Virus record (IMG/VR): IMGVR_UViG_3300044712_002452
Coordinates: 11,336-75,335 of that record
Strand: one strand, 5' to 3'
Origin: a virus
Taxonomy: Duplodnaviria > Heunggongvirae > Uroviricota > Caudoviricetes
DNA: 64,000 bases
This document shows, in pieces, positions 27,233-36,400 of this stretch. Each line of letters begins with the position of its first letter. The first letter of the stretch is position 1. A program made the position numbers and the translations under genes. The notes beneath the pieces were generated by a model. That model was given only the letters and a program-made list of their open reading frames with translations, did not search any database and was not told the DNA's origin.

Positions 27233-30200
27233 ATGAGTACATACATACAAGGGGTAACCGATAACCCGGTAGCCATTCCTTTGTTTCAACCGGACCTCAA
27301 TATGGTTCAGCGAACGCTGGCCACCAAGCAAGCCAAATTTGATGCCGGCTTCAACTCATTTCAAAATGCTTATAGCAAGGTGATGAATGCACCCGTTACC
27401 AATTTGGGCGTCATGCAATGGCGGGATGACTTTTCCAAGAAGATTTCCAGTCAAATCAAAGAAACGGGAAAGATTGATTTTTCAGTTGCCGAAAATGTAA
27501 CTAAGGCTTCAGAGATACTGGCTCCCGCTTGGGAGAATAAAAAGCTGCTCACTGATATGATGCTTACCAAGCAAAATGAAAATGAGATCAATCGGATGAA
27601 TAGTTATCGTTTGAGTACGGATCCTAAAATGCGTGAACAGTATAGTGATGTAGCTTATGAGCACATTCAGAACTACATTGGTGATTTAAGAGATGCTGAT
27701 TATGAATCCGATGATATCTTTCGGGTAAAAGCCGCCAAGTTTGTGCCGGTAGCGGATGTCGCCAAAGAATTATCCGAAGCCCGCAAACAGTTTGATTATC
27801 ATACTACTTTTTCGACTACTGAAAACGGCCGAATTATCACTACCAAAAACGGTGAGAAGTCCTTTCAGAATTTTTATGCTTTTGCAAAGAACCTGATGGG
27901 CGATAAGTACAGAGGCCAATTTGAAATGTTTGCGGAAGTAGATTTTCGCAGAGCCCATCGAAGTGCTAATAACCGCCGGCAAATGGAAGGTATGGCGCCT
28001 ATCGGCAAACAAGAATTTGCTATTGATTTTGTGCAGGATAGAATTGAAACCATTCGTGAATCAGCTCGTAATCATTTGAATGTCTACCAAGAAAAATTTG
28101 ATCTCAACCAAAAGGAAATTGAATCGGTATTGGAATCCGTTAAAGACAAAGCTTACTCCCAGGAAGAATTACTTAATTCACCGGAAGGTAAAAAACTTGC
28201 TCGTCTGGCGGCGGAACAGCAGAACTTAGAAAAGGGCTTAATACCCCAAGCGCAAAAAGAACTGGAAGCCATTCCTTTTGTGGATTCAAAAGAATACGAA
28301 AAGCAAATTGCGCAACTCGCATCCAATCCGGTTGGGTATGTGGCTTCTACTATTGCCAATCAAACGGCTCGAAATTGGGCTAAAGTGGAAAGTGCTCGGG
28401 CAGAAACCAAAATCGAAATCGATCCGGTTTGGGTAGAAAGCGTTAAAAATAACCAATGGTTACAAGAAATGCGTTTGAAGCGGGAAGAGCAAGACCGTAA
28501 AAACAAAGTAACCGAAATGCAAATCAAAGGCGGCATGTTTGTCAATGACGATTTGCTTAATGAAGAAGGTACGGGCGGTAATGGTGGGGGATCAGGAAGA
28601 AGTAGTGGCTCAGCGGCCGGTGGAGCGGGTAAAGAAACTGAAGCCCAGCGCAAACTGCGGGTATTGAATACGCCTGAATTTAATGGTGCAAGTGCTGAAT
28701 TTGTAGATCGCTCTTCACCATTCGATGAATTTGTAGCTAAAAGTGAAGCAAACGCCAAACGTGCCGATGAGATGATATTTGATTATCGGTACGCTGGCCG
28801 GATTTTTAAGCAGCTACCCAATATGACTGAAGGAAAAGCTGTTGAAATGTCGGCTTTGTTTCAACGTTATTTGGCTAATCCCACTGCGCTGAGTCCGGAA
28901 GAGCGTAAAAAAGTCGGCACTTTTGTAGCAGACGTGGACCGCTATGGAAATGGAGTAGATCGCAGCATTGCTTATACCAAAGCCTATACGCCGACTGAAG
29001 CCCGCCAAACCATATACAACTGGATTCAAAAACGTTATATCGATCGGGTTGATGATCCGGCGGCTTTTGCTACCAAAGACGATATGGAAATTGCGCAGTA
29101 CTACAGCCAGGCTAAAAGTCTGCAGGAAACCAATAATCGGGATAGCGAGCAGTTTCGAAAAGCGGAAAGAAATGTAGTGGGTCGAAAAGCGCCTTTACTT
29201 CAAGGTAAAGATGGGGGTATTATTACAGCCGCAGAACTGGCTACCAATTTTGGTACCTTGGTTTATCAAAACAATCGGGGTCAAATCGTGACCAAAACTT
29301 CCGAAGAGCTGGCTCAAATGTATCTCAATGGTGAAATAGACTTGTCTGCAGATCCGTTGAAACCAATGGGATTGGCTGCCGATTCAAAAACCAATTGGTA
29401 TATGCCCAATTTGCGTTTACAAAAAGGCTCACCGATTGAAGCGGATCTAAAAAAGATTGGCTCTTTTGAACAGTTAATCAAGTTTGCCGGTGCCAACAAA
29501 GTTGGAGATGATATTGTCAATCCCAAAGTGCGGGATTTTGGTTCTCATGTAAGCGCATTAAACGACCGTTTTGGCGTAAATTCTTCCAAAAATATCAGCG
29601 ATAAAATCACCCAGCTTAAAAACGAAATCGTTACTACGGCCGTAGGATTAAAAGATGGTATTCAAGGAATCAAAACTTCCTATTACTTAGACAATACCGA
29701 ACATGGTGAGCAAGGCGAAAAATTACTCAATGATATTGCCAATCCGGCTAATCGTACGGCCGTTTATGTAGATGGAAAAAGGGTGGATGATGAAGATGTG
29801 CACCAGTTTGTAAACAACCAAACCAACCGGGCTGATGGGTCGGTGAGCGTGATCACTCGCGGAAATACTCAATTTGTTCAGTTTCGGGTAACGGATATCA
29901 AAAAAGACGACTTGCCCGATGTGCTAAAATACGGTAACAAAACCATCACCGTCGAATTGAAAAAAGATGCGGTGGGCGATGGCGTAAAAAATCTGCAAAC
30001 CAATGACGGTATTTACCTATATGGTAAACTCTTGCGGGGAGAGTCTATTAAAAGCGATCCTATTTTAGAAGGTTCTGGATTTAGGTATTCCGTTACGCCG
30101 GGTGGATCAGCCAATGCGCCTTATGCACATTTGAGTGTAGAGCGGAAAGTAAAAAATCAAGATGGAGAATGGGTATGGAAATCGATTGAATTACCCAATA

Positions 30201-30430
30201 ACGGAATTGTAGATTTCACCGGACCCAATCGAAAAAATCCCGATGAAATCATGGGGTTAATCAACAATCAGTTTATACCCATGCATCGCCAACAGCACTT
30301 GCAAACGTTAACGGCTGAAGCCGAGCAAAGCAAAAAAGAAGTAGCGGATGCCCAGGGAAACCCCGTAAAAAAGCTTGGCGCAAAAGAATGGTACGATGAA
30401 ATGGTCAAGCAAATGAATGCCGCCAATTAA
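27233..30430 (+). CDS. Large ejection/cargo protein
   Basis: 1065 aa, helical. N-terminus 'MSTYIQGVTD....FQPD....L.TKQ..FD' resembles crAss-like cargo proteins. Directly precedes the giant trio. Confidence 0.55.
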   Translation: MSTYIQGVTDNPVAIPLFQPDLNMVQRTLATKQAKFDAGFNSFQNAYSKVMNAPVTNLGVMQWRDDFSKKISSQIKETGKIDFSVAENVTKASEILAPAWENKKLLTDMMLTKQNENEINRMNSYRLSTDPKMREQYSDVAYEHIQNYIGDLRDADYESDDIFRVKAAKFVPVADVAKELSEARKQFDYHTTFSTTENGRIITTKNGEKSFQNFYAFAKNLMGDKYRGQFEMFAEVDFRRAHRSANNRRQMEGMAPIGKQEFAIDFVQDRIETIRESARNHLNVYQEKFDLNQKEIESVLESVKDKAYSQEELLNSPEGKKLARLAAEQQNLEKGLIPQAQKELEAIPFVDSKEYEKQIAQLASNPVGYVASTIANQTARNWAKVESARAETKIEIDPVWVESVKNNQWLQEMRLKREEQDRKNKVTEMQIKGGMFVNDDLLNEEGTGGNGGGSGRSSGSAAGGAGKETEAQRKLRVLNTPEFNGASAEFVDRSSPFDEFVAKSEANAKRADEMIFDYRYAGRIFKQLPNMTEGKAVEMSALFQRYLANPTALSPEERKKVGTFVADVDRYGNGVDRSIAYTKAYTPTEARQTIYNWIQKRYIDRVDDPAAFATKDDMEIAQYYSQAKSLQETNNRDSEQFRKAERNVVGRKAPLLQGKDGGIITAAELATNFGTLVYQNNRGQIVTKTSEELAQMYLNGEIDLSADPLKPMGLAADSKTNWYMPNLRLQKGSPIEADLKKIGSFEQLIKFAGANKVGDDIVNPKVRDFGSHVSALNDRFGVNSSKNISDKITQLKNEIVTTAVGLKDGIQGIKTSYYLDNTEHGEQGEKLLNDIANPANRTAVYVDGKRVDDEDVHQFVNNQTNRADGSVSVITRGNTQFVQFRVTDIKKDDLPDVLKYGNKTITVELKKDAVGDGVKNLQTNDGIYLYGKLLRGESIKSDPILEGSGFRYSVTPGGSANAPYAHLSVERKVKNQDGEWVWKSIELPNNGIVDFTGPNRKNPDEIMGLINNQFIPMHRQQHLQTLTAEAEQSKKEVADAQGNPVKKLGAKEWYDEMVKQMNAAN

Positions 30431-30450
30431 AAAATCTTTGATATCTCAAT

Positions 30451-33400
30451 ATGGAAAACTACAATTCACTGGTTCCGCAGGATTTGAATGTTACGTATGA
30501 TCAACCTCAATTAGATGCGCCCAATGTCAGTTTTGATGTTGGGGATTCCCGTACTTATGCCGATATGATGAATGCGGAAAATCCGGTTTCGCCCGGCAGT
30601 GGAATAGCCGCCGGCGGAAATGACTCTTTTGCTCAAGCTATGGGTCAGTTTATTGACGCGCCGGCCAGTATCCAAACTCGATTAGAACCCATTCGTTTTG
30701 ATTGGGAAAAGTCCGGGATAGAGCGATATCAAAACAGCGATTACTATGATACTTTAGGTTTTGATTTGACCCGTGATAACGAAACCCTGTACGGGCGCAT
30801 GCAAACGGTAGGGGATACCCTGCAGCAAGGATTTGGTCAAATGGGTGAACTGGCCTGGAATGGATTTGTCGATGGATGGAAAGGTTGGGGGAGACTGGCC
30901 GCAGCCGTGACCAATGCGGATATGAGCCGTTTGATGGGCACACCTGCTGAACTCGAAGCGTTGGAAAAAGAAACCCAGCGCATCATGAACAAGTATGCCA
31001 TTTTTGAAACCCCGGAGTCCAAAGATTCGCTGTTTACCAAACAGTTTATGGGGAATATGTTGGGTCAGTCAGGTTTTGCCCTGGGCGCTATTGCTCAATG
31101 GGCTTCAGAAGAACTGTTGACTTTTGGTGCCAGTACGGCTTTTAGTTCCGCTAAATTGGGATTGAAGTTGGGTCAGTTTGCCAATATGACTCGTAAGTTG
31201 GGTAGAGCCTACGAAATGCCGGAAGTACTCAATGATTTTCGGAAGCTTTTTGAAATTGGACATATGCCCGGGGCGATGAAAACCGCCATGCAAGGATTGG
31301 GTAAAGTAGCCGAATACGCGCCTGTAGTGGGGGGATTGGTAAAGGCAGGGAAAGATTTTAAGCGAATGAAAGAAGCGGGTGCAACCGGTATAGAGCTAGC
31401 TAATTTAAGCCTGGGTGCGCTACGTCGTACGTTTACTGAAACCAATATGGCCATGGCTGAAGCGCGCATGGAAGCCGCCAGTACATATGTTCAGATGAAA
31501 GAAGATATGACGGCCCGAGCCGAAGCTATTTGGGGGGATAATATTCCATTGGATGAGTTCACCAAAATTGAACGCTATGCCGAGCGGGCCGCTTTGGAAA
31601 ACTTTAAAGTCAATGCGGTAGTCATTGCGACTATGAACCGTATAGAGTTTGGGAATGTGATGAACAAGTTTGGTTCACGTTTGCGGATTAAACAAGAGTT
31701 TTTAAATGATGCCCTGCAGACGCGTCGGGTAAAGGGTTCGTTAAAATCGGATATGTTGGATAGTGCCGGCAAAGTGGTAAAAAAAGCGGGTAGCCAGACC
31801 GATATGCTTTTTAAAGCGGATGGAGTAATGGGTCAGTTTGGTTCGATTGGTCAAATTGCCAAAACTTTTGGTAAACAAAAAGCGGCTTGGGAAGCTACCA
31901 AGATGGTCGGCGGTTCGCTGATGAAATGGGAAGGTACTGAAGGGTTGCAAGAATTGATACAGTCTGGATCTAATGAAGCCATTACGGACTATTATAGAAG
32001 TTTGTATGATCCGTATTTATTTGCGGACCGAGGTGAATCCATTGAACGGGCGGTTGCTTCTCAAAATCCGCTCACTCACTCAGAAGCTCTCAAGACTTTT
32101 ATCATGGGTGCGGGTACCGGTCGATTGCTTTCACCAATTAATATGGGGATGAGCGCTGCGGCCAAGTACGCTAAAACCACTAAAGAACAACGCGCCGATG
32201 CAGCCAAACAATTAGATACGGCTATCAATGAAATGAACGTAACGCTCAATGATCCGGCGTCCTTTTTCAACGATTGGGTAAAAGGTGTACGTATTCAAGA
32301 TCAGGCGGCAAAGAACATGGAAGAAGCCCTGGCCAATAACGATAAGTACACTTTCCACAACAACCGAGACAGCGCGTTTGCTCAAATGGTGATGAACGCA
32401 AAAGCGTTGGGTCGTTTGGATATGCTCAAAGATGTGATCGGCACTTATGGGGAAACCATGGATGCCGCGACCTTTAAAGATGCCTTTGGAGTCGAGCTGA
32501 ACGATCAAAACCGGGATGCTTTGAAATCTTTTACCGGAAATATCATCAAAGACATGGACGCTTATGTAAAGCGCTATGACGAACTGATGGAGAAATACCG
32601 GTTTTATTTTGATCCGGAAGCCTATGGGGATGAAGATAAAGAAGATGTCAAGCTGGCACGCATGGCTTTGAATGAAGCCATTGGCTGGATGGCTACTACG
32701 GATGCTTTGAAAGACAAGAAGCTTGAGCGGGCCCGTGAAATCATGGAGTCTTCCGCTCAAATGAAGAGTTTTTCCAAAGTGAGCGTGCATGCTTTTAAAG
32801 TCTTGGGTGATGATATAGCTTATGAAGCTGAAATGGATCATCTCAAAAAAGAAATCAAATCTCTGCGGGAAGTACAATCTCCGGATCCGGAAACCAAAAA
32901 GCAATTAGCTGAAAAAGAAAAAGAACTGGAGCTGTTGTCGAATATGTTTTCCTATCAGGAAAGCATGGATTCCGACGGCTCTACTGTCAATAAAGGGGGT
33001 ATCACCGCAGAATCGGTAGCGTTGATGAACGCTCGCAAAGAATTAAACGATGCCGAACTGGCTTTGTATGAATACGACAAACAAACCAAAAACGCCAATA
33101 CTTTTGACGGATTGTTATTTAGTGCGGTTCGTACTAATATGGTGGCGCGCATTGATAAAGCCCGTGAAAAAGTAAAAGCGGCCGGAGAGAAAAGAAACGG
33201 GTCCAAGAAAAACATAGACAACGCAAAAAAGAAGCGTTCTATCTATGAAGACAATATTTCTAAAGAAGCCCTTCGGCAATACCTGGCACTGAAAAACAAA
33301 GAATACGGAGAAACCCAAGAAGCCCTTGAAGAAGAGTTGGACGGCATTCTGTATAATTTACGGGATTATGCTCGTCTGAATCGAGATGCCAAGGATGCAA

Positions 33401-36400
33401 CTAATAATTTGAACATGATGGCCAACCCGTTAAAGTTTGGTCATGTGGCGGCTCGCATTAAGAGTGGATTAACCGGGGTTTATCAAAGCCAAATAAAACG
33501 GATGGCTATCATCAATAGCATTGACGGTATTATAAATCTGGTTCAAACCGATTTAGAAATCGCTAACAATCCGGAAATTGATCGATTGTACACGGCTTTT
33601 GAGCAAGCGCAGTTAGCTACTTTAGGAAAAAGTAAAGATGTGTTTGCGGAAGATGCTATGTTTGAAGCGGCTGACAAGCTGATCCAAGCCGTAAATGCGT
33701 TTGTAGCGGTTCGAGAGCAAAAGAAAAAAGAAGCAGAAGAAGCAGCAAAAGCGGCGGCTGCAGCCGGTGATGCCGGTACAGGTGCAGGAGCAGGGGCTTC
33801 GCCGACCGGTACCGGTTCAGGTAGTGGTTCGGGTAGTGGTTCAGCCAGTATTTATACGCCGGCCGAACAAATTCTGGTAGACAATTATTTTAAGTTTGAA
33901 ACTTCGGCTAAAACGGATCCTATACTGAGCGTCAGTGATATCGTAAAGGCTTTTATGGAGCAAGCGGTATTAAAAAAAGCCGTTCATGAGGCCAATCCGA
34001 AAGACGATGCGCTCAAAGAAGATTATCTCAAGCACATTGCTCAAGTATCCGAAATCACCACACAAGCCATCAAGGCTTATCACGATGCGAAAAAAGCGGC
34101 GCTGTTAAAAGCAATGAAAATTGAGTCTATCTATGCACCCAAATTTGTTGATTTCTGGAATGAGACCGTTGGGGAATTGGAAACTCAGATAGAATTGGCG
34201 GTAACGGAAATGCGTCAAGCGGCTTTAAGCGGTACGGCACTGCCCAGCGTAGCTAAAACCCTGGCTTTATTGAAAGCTCTGGAAAAAAGAGTATTGGATC
34301 AACTGGTTGATATAAAAAATCCGCAAGAAGTCACAGATGTCAAAGATGAATTAAAAGCTTATTTAGACCAAGTTGAAACCATTCTTCAGCATTACGCCGA
34401 TGATTATTTAAACACCGACCGACACGTTCAGCAATTATTGCTGATTATCAATCAGCCTGGATTTACTACCGATCAAATCACAGCATATGTCAATGCGCAC
34501 GTAGATGAAGCTTTGGTAGATACGGTTTTGGATAAAGTATTGGCCGAACTGTTGCGCCTGCAAAACGAAAATGGAAACCTGAGTGTATTTGGTTCCAGCG
34601 TTGAATTGGTAGAGCAATTTATGTTGGAATTAAAAGGGGTGTTGGCTAAGCAGCTCAGTACCTATCAAGCGAAGATTTCTAAGTTTGATGAAGCGGCCAA
34701 AGAACTACGCGAAAAAATTGCTCCGTCAATCACCAAAATTGTATTGTTTGATGAGTTTGCTACGGATGTACACCGAAGTGTAGAAGCAGCTAATCGTTCA
34801 ACGCCTTTTTCTGCCGATCAAGTAGCAGCTATTCAGAATTTATGGCGTGCGGGTTTGCTCACCAACGATGAAGCCAACTTGGATGAAGATGGTAATATGA
34901 TTGATAACCTCAGTTATGTGACCGCTTCCGGGATTATCAATATGGGGGTAGGTCGATTGCTGGCCGTAAAGATGAGTTATTTTATCAATCAGCATAAAGC
35001 CGGTGTCAAACTATCCAGTGTTGAGCAAGATGATTTTGAAAAAACACTCGTCGATGTAATTGCGTATAATTCTGGAATGCACGTTGGGGTAAAGGGTGCC
35101 GATAAAAAGCTGGTAAGCAAAAAGGATTTTTACGAAACTGAATTTAATGAAGCCCTGCAGAGTTTAGAGGCCGGTGATTATGATTTTTTCTATACGATGT
35201 ACGCCGTTCCAGAAGAAACGGATATTTCGATAGGTAAACTCATGTACCAGGGGCTTAATGAGATTTACGATAACTATTTCAAACTGGCTGATGCCAAAAC
35301 GGTTTTGGAATTAAATGCGCTTTTGGAGTCTCCTGAAACCAGAAGGGTCTTTGCTGAAAACGATAACGCCACCGGAACATTGAACGTATTGCAAAACCGG
35401 ATTTTAGCGTTGGTATATCGATTTACTGAAGCCTACAAAACCCATAAAATACCCAAACCCGAAGCTTTAGAAGCTTTGAAGGATCAAATTGATGAAGTTA
35501 TTATCGCCATAGAAACCGATATACGGGAAGGTAAGCTGGCCGGAGCCAGTAAAACGCAACTTAACAAATTGGTTCGGGATCGGATTTCAGCATTGATCAA
35601 TACAATCGGTCAGACCGGGGGCACTAAATACAATACGGTAATTGATTCAGCCAATACGGTTATCATGAGTGCCGTATTGTTTTTTAATTCGCTTAATTTG
35701 GAAGCCCTGCGGTTGGACCCGGAGTACCAGGTGTTGGGTCAAGATACTTCTGAAGCTCAATCGTTTCTAAGAGATCATCGGGATCAAATGGGGGGTGTGG
35801 CAGCAGAACCTTTGCCGGTAATGATGCGGAAAGCGCCGGTGTACACCGATAGTTTTTTGATTGGTAATGTGCGAGATGAGCGCGATACCCGTACGGCGGC
35901 TGAACTGCAAGCCGAAATATTTGGAAGCCTGCAAAGCGGTCAGGTGGTAGATTTTTCAGAAATCATTCGGGCTTTGCGCAGAAGTCCGTTTACCACAGGA
36001 CTTGAGCGCAAGCTCATGAGTACCCTGGCAAATATTCCAAATTTTCCTATTCGGGTAATATTTTCAGGTACCGATCGTAATTCATTTGAAGCCGAATATC
36101 CCTCTATCAAAAACGATGTACCTAAGATCACTTTGAATTTAGAAGAGTTGACCGGGCCGGTATCTACTGGAGTAGGGGCTTCACCTAACACGGTTATTTT
36201 TCATGAACTTTTACACGGCGTATTGTGGGCGGTATTGGAAAACAAAAATGCGCCTTACACCCAGCGGATGGAGTCACTGATGAAGTTGGTTCAAAAGTCT
36301 ATTCCTAATCCGCAACGGTTTTACAGTTTGTCAGACGTTTCCAATTTTGGTGAAGAAGCCAATCGGGTACACGAATTTGTAATTGAAGCACTCACCAATC

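Noticed and set aside
33760-33846. GGTTCAGGTAGT-like repeats
   Set aside because: They encode a Gly/Ser linker in the 2969-aa protein and are a low-complexity coding repeat only.
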